A stretch of 64,000 nt of DNA, taken from positions 1,352,989 to 1,416,988 of the forward strand of contig MTMF02000009.1 in assembly GCA_002011125.2 (NCBI GenBank), read 5' to 3'. The position numbers and the translations under genes are program-made. Every line of letters starts with the position of its first letter. Position 1 is the stretch's first letter. Positions 17,558 through 25,445 of this stretch are shown in pieces. Source of the stretch: Candidatus Hydrothermarchaeum profundi. Its GTDB lineage: Archaea > Hydrothermarchaeota > Hydrothermarchaeia > Hydrothermarchaeales > Hydrothermarchaeaceae. Below the pieces are notes generated by a model. It was given only the letters and a program-made list of their open reading frames with translations. It was not told the DNA's origin and searched no databases.

Positions 17558-18505
17558 TTGGAGGAAATAATGGAAAGGGAGATATCACTCAGGGAGTATA
17601 TCTTAGGGATATTTCTAATGAGCATGGGATTTCTATTGAATATCTTATACTGGGGTACCGAATTGCTAATACGTGGTAAGAGTCCTTATGAAGATTTTAT
17701 TGAGGATCCTGTTTCTCATACGTTCATCATCCTTGCAATACCGATGATGATGCTCGTAGGGTACCTATTCATAAGAGAGCGTAAAATGAGGATCCGCCTA
17801 AGAGAGGCCAATAACTTTAAAGACCTCTTCACTGATATCCTGAGTCATGATCTGTTAAATCCGGCAGGAGTTATCAAAAATGCTACAGAGCTGTTATTGG
17901 ATGACTTACCGGAGAGAAAAGAGGCAAAGGTGATAAAGAGAAGTACGGAAAGACTCATAGAAACTATAGAAAACGCTGCAAAGCTCTCTAAGCTCAAGTC
18001 TATTAAAGAAATGGAAAAGGAGATTATAGATTTGAGTAAGATTATAGAGGAAGCTATATCTGAGATGTCTCCTCTAGTCGATGAAGCAGGAATGGTTCTG
18101 GAGAATAAGGTTACTAAACCTCTCCCTGTATACGCTAACCCGTTTATTAAAGATGTCTTCACTAACCTCATCGGCAATGCTGTGAAATATGCTTCTACTG
18201 GTAAAAGGATTATAATAGATTCTGAAGAAAAAGGCAGTAGGGTTAGAATACTAGTTAAAGATTTTGGCCCTGGAATAAAAGATGAAGATAAAGAATACAT
18301 ATTCAGCCGGTTCAAAAGAAGAGAACGAAAGGGAGTTAAAGGTACTGGTCTTGGTCTAGCTATCGCTAGAAATATTGTCAAGCAACATAATGGCAAGATA
18401 TGGGTAGAAGATAATTGGGTAGAATATCGTGATGAAGAAGGGCAAGTTCGTAGGAGGAAACAGGGGAGCATCTTTGTTATAGAATTACCCAAAGCTAAAA
18501 GTTAG
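17558..18505 (+). CDS. Membrane sensor histidine kinase (2 TM, HisKA, HATPase)
   Basis: SHDLLNP H-box, NLIGNAVKY, KDFGPGI, GTGLGL. Confidence 0.92.
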   Translation: MEEIMEREISLREYILGIFLMSMGFLLNILYWGTELLIRGKSPYEDFIEDPVSHTFIILAIPMMMLVGYLFIRERKMRIRLREANNFKDLFTDILSHDLLNPAGVIKNATELLLDDLPERKEAKVIKRSTERLIETIENAAKLSKLKSIKEMEKEIIDLSKIIEEAISEMSPLVDEAGMVLENKVTKPLPVYANPFIKDVFTNLIGNAVKYASTGKRIIIDSEEKGSRVRILVKDFGPGIKDEDKEYIFSRFKRRERKGVKGTGLGLAIARNIVKQHNGKIWVEDNWVEYRDEEGQVRRRKQGSIFVIELPKAKS

Positions 18506-18542
18506 TCTAATACTATATACCGATAAAGTTTGTAGAAGAGCA

Positions 18543-20891
18543 TTATAAAGGCAGCGAGAAAGTAAATTTTGTACCTTTCCCAACTTCACTTTCAATCCAT
18601 ATTTTCCCTTTGTGAGCTTCTATGATGTCTTTAGCTACTGCGAGCCCCATCCCAGTCCCACCGTACCTCCTAGTTGATGTAGCATCTATCTGAAATAGGG
18701 GCTCGAAGATTTTTTTATGATACTTCTCCGGAACGCCGGGTCCGGTGTCTTCAACACAGATTTCTATCTCCCTCTCTTTTTTCATTGCGGTTATCCTCAC
18801 TACTCCCCCCTTTCTGTTAAACTTTATTGCATTATTAATTAGATTCCGTAAAACTTGTACAATTTTATCTTCGTCAGCCGCTATTTCAGCCTCTGCCGGC
18901 ACATTTACTTTTATTGAAATCTCTTTTCGTTTAGCTTCTAATTCTAATTCTGAGATAGCTCTCCTAACTACTTTAGTGAGGTTTATGGCTGTATACACGA
19001 GATGCGTTCTACTTTTATGTTTTCTACCAGCTTCGACTAGGTCCTCGACAATTAGGTCCTGCTTTCGTAGAGCATCTAGAGCTTTAGCGAGTAGTTTATT
19101 TCTCAGCTCTCTATTTTCTTCCTCCATAGCTAGTTCAATCGTGCCCTTAGCAATAGTGATAGGCGTTCTTAGCTCATGACTCACGTTGGCTATAATGTCA
19201 TCCTTAACTTTACCTAGAGATTTTAGCTCGTTATACGCTAGCAATAGGTTTTCCTCTGCTCGCTTTTTCTCGGTTATATCTTCAATCAGGAGTATGGCTC
19301 CATTAAATCTCTTATTCCGATAGAGCGGCACTCCTCGCAATTTTAAAAAAGTTTCTTTACCATAGATAGACTTGAAGGGAGTTTCAATAAAAATCTCTTC
19401 TCCGTTTAATAATCTCTCAAACTCTTCCGCAATCCCTATACTAACGAGGGAGGGTACTCTTCTAATATCCATTCCCATTGCTTTGGATTCTTCTCCTTCA
19501 GGAACTCCCATAATCCTCTTAGCTGCAGCGTTCTCATATATTAGGCGCATATCCTTATCTAGTCTTAGGATACCTAGGGGGGACTTTTCAACTATCTCTT
19601 CGTTAAAGTTTTTAATAAATAGGATCTCTTCATAGGCGCGGTGAAGTTCTCTCTCAGCTTTTTTTAGTGTCGTTATATCTCGTAAGGATAGATGATACGC
19701 AGGCTCGTTATTCCATATGGTTTCTACGACTTGCATCTCTGTGATCTTTTTTTCTTTTTTATGAGGAACACCGACTTCTATAACTTCTTCTGAGACTACT
19801 GGAAATCCAAAGTCTTCTCCGATGAGGTCTTCTGGTTTTTTACCAAAAAGTATTCCTGCGCTTTTATTTGCAAAGCGTATAATACCCCTTTTATCAACAA
19901 TTAAAATAGCGTCAGCGCTCTTTTCAACTAGCGTTCGATATCTGGTTTCGCTCTGTTGTAATGCGTCTTTTACGTGTTCACGTTCTACGTTACTTCGTAG
20001 CACTTTAATACCGAAGGATAGGCTAGATGCTAGGTTTTCCAGTAACTCTACCTCAGTTTTATCGAAGGAATCAGTTCTTTGAGAATAGATATTCAAGGCT
20101 CCAATTACGTTTCCGTCAATAGCTAGTGGAAGAGCAATAGAAGATACATAGTCATGTTTTACGGCAGCATTCCGCCATGGCTTATAATGAGGCTCAGTTA
20201 AAATATTCTTAATTATACATGTCTTTTTCTCCCGGATAGCGGTACCTGTTGGGCCTTTACCTGTCTCTTTATCTCCCCATGTTATCCTGATCTTATCTAA
20301 ATAGCTGTCTTCATAACCAAACCAAGCTATAGGCTGCACGGTCTTTCTTATATCTTGCTTAGCAAAGCCGATCCAAGCTAGTCGGTACCCTCCTTCTTCA
20401 ACGATGATCCTACAGATCTCTCTTAAAAATTCTTTTTCTTCCTTTGCCTGAGCAAGTGCCTGATAGCACTTGCTAATCACTTTAAATGCTCTACCGGTTT
20501 TTTCTAGATCTCTTTTTACTCTCATATGTTCAATAGCGCAGTTAATAGCATGCTGTAGCCTAACGCCACTGACCGGCTTAACTAGATAACAATCAGCACC
20601 CGCTCGTATTGATAGAATACCTAACTCTGGTTTGTTTCGAGCTACAATAATAACAAGGGGTTTATCCGGATGTTGTCTTCGAATTTGAAGTATCTCGCTA
20701 AGTTGATTGTTTTGTCTAAGATTTAATAATAATAGGTCAAAATCCTCCGTTACTAGGGGACCTTCTCCATCTGAGAAGCGGCTAATACGAGTAACTGAAA
20801 TATCGGCAGGTAATGTCTTTTGAATTATTCTGAAGTCGGTAGCGTCGACTCCGATTAAAAGAGTTTTTAGAGTTTTACTCATCCAAGCCAT
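18543..20891 (-). CDS. Cytoplasmic multi-sensor histidine kinase (pseudo-REC-GAF-PAS-PAS-HisKA-HATPase)
   Basis: GADCYLVKP REC remnant, GAF (LAWIG...GKGPTG...SSIALPL...GALNIYS), two PAS-like blocks, SHELRTP, NAIKF, DTGPG, GGTGMGL. Confidence 0.92.
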   Translation of the reverse strand: MAWMSKTLKTLLIGVDATDFRIIQKTLPADISVTRISRFSDGEGPLVTEDFDLLLLNLRQNNQLSEILQIRRQHPDKPLVIIVARNKPELGILSIRAGADCYLVKPVSGVRLQHAINCAIEHMRVKRDLEKTGRAFKVISKCYQALAQAKEEKEFLREICRIIVEEGGYRLAWIGFAKQDIRKTVQPIAWFGYEDSYLDKIRITWGDKETGKGPTGTAIREKKTCIIKNILTEPHYKPWRNAAVKHDYVSSIALPLAIDGNVIGALNIYSQRTDSFDKTEVELLENLASSLSFGIKVLRSNVEREHVKDALQQSETRYRTLVEKSADAILIVDKRGIIRFANKSAGILFGKKPEDLIGEDFGFPVVSEEVIEVGVPHKKEKKITEMQVVETIWNNEPAYHLSLRDITTLKKAERELHRAYEEILFIKNFNEEIVEKSPLGILRLDKDMRLIYENAAAKRIMGVPEGEESKAMGMDIRRVPSLVSIGIAEEFERLLNGEEIFIETPFKSIYGKETFLKLRGVPLYRNKRFNGAILLIEDITEKKRAEENLLLAYNELKSLGKVKDDIIANVSHELRTPITIAKGTIELAMEEENRELRNKLLAKALDALRKQDLIVEDLVEAGRKHKSRTHLVYTAINLTKVVRRAISELELEAKRKEISIKVNVPAEAEIAADEDKIVQVLRNLINNAIKFNRKGGVVRITAMKKEREIEICVEDTGPGVPEKYHKKIFEPLFQIDATSTRRYGGTGMGLAVAKDIIEAHKGKIWIESEVGKGTKFTFSLPL

Positions 20892-21083
20892 CTCATAGTA
20901 TTATATATTGCAGGTTTCCTAGATATCTATTTACCCCTACTCACTTTTAATATACTAATCCTAAATTTTTATTATTATATATCTCTTCATGTTTAACCAT
21001 TTATGCTTTTTCTTTAGTGTCAATATATAAAAGAGCTATAAATCAATATAGCTTTCAATAATCAGTACAACAAGTGAGATCAT

Positions 21084-21788
21084 TCAGTGCTCCATTTTTT
21101 TCTTTAATGCAAATATAAATCCAGTCATAACCATTAGAAGATAGAATGCTCCTGCTTTATAAGGAATTCTTTTGGTTTGGATCTCAATAGAAAAATTAGG
21201 ATTTCGCCTAGCACTAAGATTTATTTTGACCGTGTTTTCTCCCTCATTATACACACAGTTAACGCAACTAACCTTTTTAACATCAGCTGAGATCCTTATT
21301 TTTCCTTCGATCCCCCCATATATATAGACGGGATTTCTATCCGCTTCAATGCTTATAGGAAGATAAAAGTAATACGTGTCCCCCCACAGTCTCCTACTAA
21401 ATCCCCTAATCCTCGTGGGGTACTCCATCTTAGCGGATATAATTGCGCTTTGGTTTCCCATCAAGACTACCGGAACTCTATACTCCGTTCTAAACTCGTC
21501 CTCATAAATAATATCCGGGTTGACACTCTGATTGTTTAAATGAATCTCCAATAAGTCGGGCTTACCATTAAAACTATATCTTAAAGCTATCCTCATTTCT
21601 TGACTATAAGGGTTAGATAAGACATATTCATGTTCTAAAATCGTCTTGAATAAAGTTAGCTCCCCCGATACTCTCGCACTCCCCAAGATCTCAATACCCT
21701 CTACCGGTACCGGTTCCCTCACTAATATCGGTTGAGCCATAACTCCTGCAATCAAGATGAGTAATGGTAATAAAACAACCCGTTTCAT
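21084..21788 (-). CDS. Hypothetical exported protein with C-terminal TM anchor
   Basis: N-terminal signal peptide, beta-rich body, C-terminal hydrophobic helix followed by KKK. Confidence 0.7.
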   Translation of the reverse strand: MKRVVLLPLLILIAGVMAQPILVREPVPVEGIEILGSARVSGELTLFKTILEHEYVLSNPYSQEMRIALRYSFNGKPDLLEIHLNNQSVNPDIIYEDEFRTEYRVPVVLMGNQSAIISAKMEYPTRIRGFSRRLWGDTYYFYLPISIEADRNPVYIYGGIEGKIRISADVKKVSCVNCVYNEGENTVKINLSARRNPNFSIEIQTKRIPYKAGAFYLLMVMTGFIFALKKKMEH

Positions 21789-22358
21789 TTACATCACCAA
21801 GAGAATATACTGGAGGACGATACCGACTCCTACAAGGCAAGAAGCTACAATAAAATGGTCATAAAAGGACTTCTCTATCACCAGCCTTTTTTCCTTTATA
21901 AAAAAATAAACAGAATAGCCGAGGTGAAAGGCAGTACTAGCAGAAAACATCATAGCAGATACGAATACACCTAGAACCACGATTACCTTAATGTTAACTA
22001 AGAAGGGGGTAAACTCTAATATCTCGGCAAATGAGGAACCAGAAGCAATACCGATAACAAAAAGAAGGGTCACGGAGGGTATGGTAAGCAGGACCCCTGA
22101 AGCTACGATCGATACCGCAGGAACAATGTTAGATCTAAGAACATCCAAGAATTCTATCTCGGAGTTAACTCCATAGGCCCTACCGTACTCGTATCCCAGA
22201 GATTTCATAGCATAGACAGTCTCCTGATGAATTGGGAATATTGGTTCAAAGCCAAAAGCTGGGCCACGGATAACATCCAGCAACCTGAGAGTGTACCCTA
22301 TAAAGAAACCTGCAAAAAACACTATAGCCGAGATCACCAAAAACTTCCTGTTTTCCAT
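21789..22358 (-). CDS. Multi-TM membrane protein, weakly SpoIIM/DUF95-like
   Basis: About five hydrophobic segments; abuts the downstream gene with no gap. Confidence 0.6.
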   Translation of the reverse strand: MENRKFLVISAIVFFAGFFIGYTLRLLDVIRGPAFGFEPIFPIHQETVYAMKSLGYEYGRAYGVNSEIEFLDVLRSNIVPAVSIVASGVLLTIPSVTLLFVIGIASGSSFAEILEFTPFLVNIKVIVVLGVFVSAMMFSASTAFHLGYSVYFFIKEKRLVIEKSFYDHFIVASCLVGVGIVLQYILLVM

Positions 22359-22653
22359 TTTTTCACTTCATTAGGTTATAGAAAAGAGGGATTTAAGCTT
22401 TTCCTCATTTGACCCATGTATTACATAACACAATTTCCGTATAGGATATCCAACTCATAAGGATAATTAAGGAATATCTGTTGAGAACATGGTACAAGGA
22501 AGATAAAAAGAAGTAGACAGTATTATAATATATAAAAAAGCCCTTCGAAGCAACGTTATGAAACGCTTTTTATTAGCTTCGCCCTACGTAGGCTAATAAT
22601 AACTATAATTCATAGATTTAAAAGTTCCTTCTCAATTTTTAAATATTAAAAGT

Positions 22654-22738
22654 CGCCGGGGGGAGGATTTGAACCCCCGTGCTCCATAGGAGCAGTGGAT
22701 CTCGAGTCCACCGCCTTACCAGACTAGACTACCCCGGC
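22654..22738 (-). tRNA. tRNA-Ser(CGA)
   Basis: Reverse complement GCCGGGG...GTGGA-CT-CGA-GA-TCCAC, long variable arm GCTCC-TAT-GGAGC, GGTTCAAATCC, discriminator G. Confidence 0.96.
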
Positions 22739-22769
22739 TTTAGGTTTTTATAAAGGATTAACTCTAAAA

Positions 22770-23042
22770 CTAGTCTTTTTTTATTTTTCTTTCAAAAAAA
22801 TCCCCGATTATAGTTCCTACTATAAATGCTAATGTCAGATAAATAACACCTATAATAGTTCCAATTAAAGTTGCTCCGAACTTCAGGAAACCGCCAGTTA
22901 TTAAATTTAAGAAAGCAAAGAAGATACCCAAGCCTAAACCTATTTTAAATCCTTTCTTAAGGAGTTCGCCTTTTTTTTCTTTTCCAGGATTGATATATCC
23001 ATAGATAATACCTGTAACAAAAGCTAATAAGTCAAATACCAT
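22770..23042 (-). CDS. Small three-TM hypothetical membrane protein
   Basis: GIIYGY.NPGKE.K..LLKKG..IG pattern of a small archaeal membrane family. Confidence 0.75.
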   Translation of the reverse strand: MVFDLLAFVTGIIYGYINPGKEKKGELLKKGFKIGLGLGIFFAFLNLITGGFLKFGATLIGTIIGVIYLTLAFIVGTIIGDFFERKIKKD

Positions 23043-23125
23043 GGTTAACTTTATTACGAAATTTTATTATTTATTTTTATTGGGGGTAAGTATTTAAAAA
23101 ATAAAAACTTTTTGGAAAATTCGAT

Positions 23126-23278
23126 ATGCAAGTAAACAAAAATCCGACAATAAAAGAGGTAAATAAAAAAGCTGTTTGTAAATGTGCCTATTGCGGCCAA
23201 GTTATCGAGATTTGTACTAGGGACAACCCTTGTCCTATTTGCGGCAGTTCTTTATTCACAGTTGTCTATAAATCCTAA
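23126..23278 (+). CDS. Small zinc-ribbon protein (50 aa)
   Basis: Manual translation: MQVNKNPTIKEVNKKAVCKCAYCGQVIEICTRDNPCPICGSSLFTVVYKS, with CxxCG...CPxCGS; TATTTAAA upstream. Confidence 0.6.
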   Translation: MQVNKNPTIKEVNKKAVCKCAYCGQVIEICTRDNPCPICGSSLFTVVYKS

Positions 23279-23492
23279 ATCTTTAAAAAAGCAAACATTT
23301 TTGTAAATTGAATATAATAAATAATATATTTAGAAAAGTATATTATAAAACATATAAATAATTACAATATCTTTTTAAAATTTAAAACATTATTGTAAAA
23401 AAGAGAATTCTGAGGTAGTTAGATAATTAGAGGATATAAATTATTCTACAGCTCTAAAAGTCCGCTTAGAATTGTTCTCATGCGGTCAAATT

Positions 23493-24167
23493 TCAAAAAT
23501 TTTTTAACAATTGTCCTGAAGAAGATAACTTCTCCATAATTTTTACTGTTCTCCAGACTTTTGAATGTGATATTCCTAGTTTTTTAGCTATTTCTCTATA
23601 GCTCATACCTTCCTTTCTAAGATTGATTATATCATGAACTTCACGTTTGGGATATATTTTTTTATGACCATTTTCTGTTCTCGTTTCAAATAGATCAGGG
23701 ACACGGCCCATCCAAAAGCCTTCTCTTTTTAATTTCTGCATTCCAAAGCTAGTTTTTCTTGCTAAATCTTTTCTAAAGTATGTAGCAAACCCTGCCTGCA
23801 TTGTGAACATTAGTTCCCCCTCTGGAGTGGTTATATCAATATCTAAATTGCTGAATCTTAAAAAAACACCATGCTCTGAAAGCTTTTCCACAATAGTTAA
23901 CGCATCCCTAGTATTTCTCGATAATCTATCATTGTGATAGCATAAAACAACTTTAAATAGTCTTTTTTCAGCATCTTCGAGTAATTGAGCTAGGGCAGGT
24001 CTCCCTTCAATAGATTTCCCGCTAACTCCATCGTCGATGTAGATCTTGGTTACCTCAAGCCCCTCTTTTTTTGCCCAATCTATTAAATACTCTTTTTGGG
24101 CTTCGATAGAAGCACCGTAGCTAGCTTGTTCTTCGGTTGAAACTCTTACGTATAACGCAGCTTTCAT
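23493..24167 (-). CDS. Small serine recombinase (resolvase/invertase type) with C-terminal HTH
   Basis: YVRVSTEEQ catalytic Ser, DDGVSGK, RPAL, DRLSRN, TTPEGELM; C-terminal GMSYREIAKKLGISHSKV HTH. Confidence 0.92.
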   Translation of the reverse strand: MKAALYVRVSTEEQASYGASIEAQKEYLIDWAKKEGLEVTKIYIDDGVSGKSIEGRPALAQLLEDAEKRLFKVVLCYHNDRLSRNTRDALTIVEKLSEHGVFLRFSNLDIDITTPEGELMFTMQAGFATYFRKDLARKTSFGMQKLKREGFWMGRVPDLFETRTENGHKKIYPKREVHDIINLRKEGMSYREIAKKLGISHSKVWRTVKIMEKLSSSGQLLKNF

Positions 24168-24199
24168 AACTGATTTTAGTAAATCGGTGCTTATATTAG

Positions 24200-24228
24200 T
24201 GTTTCGGAAGGGACCCCTTTCGAAACAG
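24200..24228. repeat. Inverted repeat upstream of the serine recombinase
   Basis: TGTTTCGGAAGGG-ACC-CCCTTTCGAAACA; 13-bp arms with one mismatch. Confidence 0.75.
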
Positions 24229-24258
24229 AATTTTTACAGATAACATAATAAGCAACGT

Positions 24259-24774
24259 TTACTTTGGAGTACCAACCAGCATTTCTATTTCTCTAATAAG
24301 AGAGGATACCTCTTCCTTTAATTCTCTGCCCTCTTTGTTCCTTGGTTTTAGCTTATTATTGAGAGATTTAAATCTACCTAAAACTCTTGCCTTGTTATAT
24401 CTGTCTTTTTTGGAGATATTTTTGGATTGCAATTCCTTTTTCATAGATAATAGGGATTCTCTATATCTAATGAGTTTCTCAATAGTGGGGGTGACTCTAG
24501 TGATTGTTTTATCGGTTCTCCCGGAAAGAATTTCGTTAAAACTCTTTATATTTAAAGCTAACATTTCACCTTTCGATGAAAGTCTGATATATTTGGTTCT
24601 GCCTTTTTTTATTGATTCGAGTATGCCTAAGTTCTCCATTTCTTTAATAAGATTAAAAGTATGGGCATATGTACTCTTTATTTCATTGGCTATTTCTGAT
24701 ACATACTTTCTCTTTTTTCCTGCAAGGGAAAGTAAAATCTCTTTACTTACTCTTTGAAAAAATATATCTTCCAT
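24259..24774 (-). CDS. Winged-HTH (MarR-like) regulator with helical C-terminal extension
   Basis: YVSEIANEIKSTYAHTFNLIKEMENLGIL...KGRTKYIRLSSKG. Confidence 0.8.
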   Translation of the reverse strand: MEDIFFQRVSKEILLSLAGKKRKYVSEIANEIKSTYAHTFNLIKEMENLGILESIKKGRTKYIRLSSKGEMLALNIKSFNEILSGRTDKTITRVTPTIEKLIRYRESLLSMKKELQSKNISKKDRYNKARVLGRFKSLNNKLKPRNKEGRELKEEVSSLIREIEMLVGTPK

Positions 24775-25046
24775 AATATATTTAATAGTATATAAGTATA
24801 TTTAAACTTTTCCTTTTTTTTTCAAAAAAGTTTGCATAATTAAAAAATAATTGAAAAAAACTCTAAGGTAATATTTTAGATACAGAGGTATTATTTGTTC
24901 TATTGTTTTTATTGGATGCCTCTGATCTGAAGAAGCTAAAGAGAAGGAATTCGTAGCTCAATCAATATTATGAGTCCCAACTAGAGGAACTAAGATTAAG
25001 ATAGTACGCAACTTTTAATAGTTACTAGATAAAGAAAATAACTACT

Positions 25047-25445
25047 ATGAAGAAAGTAAAAGATGTTATGACTCCCTATGTTAGGACCATCGGTCCAGAA
25101 GCGACAATGGATGAAGCTGCAAAGTTAATGAAAAAATTTAGAATAGGCTCTTTAGTTGTAGTTGAAAATGACAAACCAGTAGGCATAATAACTGAGCGTG
25201 ACCTAGCATATAAGATAGTCGCTGAAAGGAAACAGAATGCCAAAGTAAAAGAAATTATGTCAAGGGATCTTAAAACAATAGAGAAAGAGAAGACCCTTGT
25301 TGAGGCTGCTAAACTTATGGCTGCTCATGTGATCCGAAGGTTGCCGGTAATGGATAAAGGGAAGCTTGTGGGTATAATTACTCTGGAAGATATAATGAAG
25401 GCAGAAAAGGTAGGTGGAGAGGCAGGGGCTTATTCATTTACCTAA
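25047..25445 (+). CDS. Stand-alone CBS-pair protein
   Basis: VKDVMT, IGSLVVV...VGIITERD, IRRLPV...VGIITLED. Confidence 0.92.
   Translation: MKKVKDVMTPYVRTIGPEATMDEAAKLMKKFRIGSLVVVENDKPVGIITERDLAYKIVAERKQNAKVKEIMSRDLKTIEKEKTLVEAAKLMAAHVIRRLPVMDKGKLVGIITLEDIMKAEKVGGEAGAYSFT

Noticed and set aside
15438-22654. Integrated element at tRNA-Ser (likewise at tRNA-Ala for 30.6-37 kb)
   Set aside because: No duplicated tRNA fragment, tyrosine integrase or replication/viral gene seen by eye; called accessory regions only.
23493-24167. IS607-family element
   Set aside because: The HTH is C-terminal rather than N-terminal MerR-like, and there is no tnpB.
22541-24259. Possible second recombination site or direct repeat (AAGCAACGTT at 22548 and 24250; CCCTTCGAAG...TTATGAAACG resembling the palindrome arms)
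   Set aside because: Only 10 bp, the arm spacing differs from the 24200 palindrome, and the interval would include the tRNA-Ser gene; could be chance.
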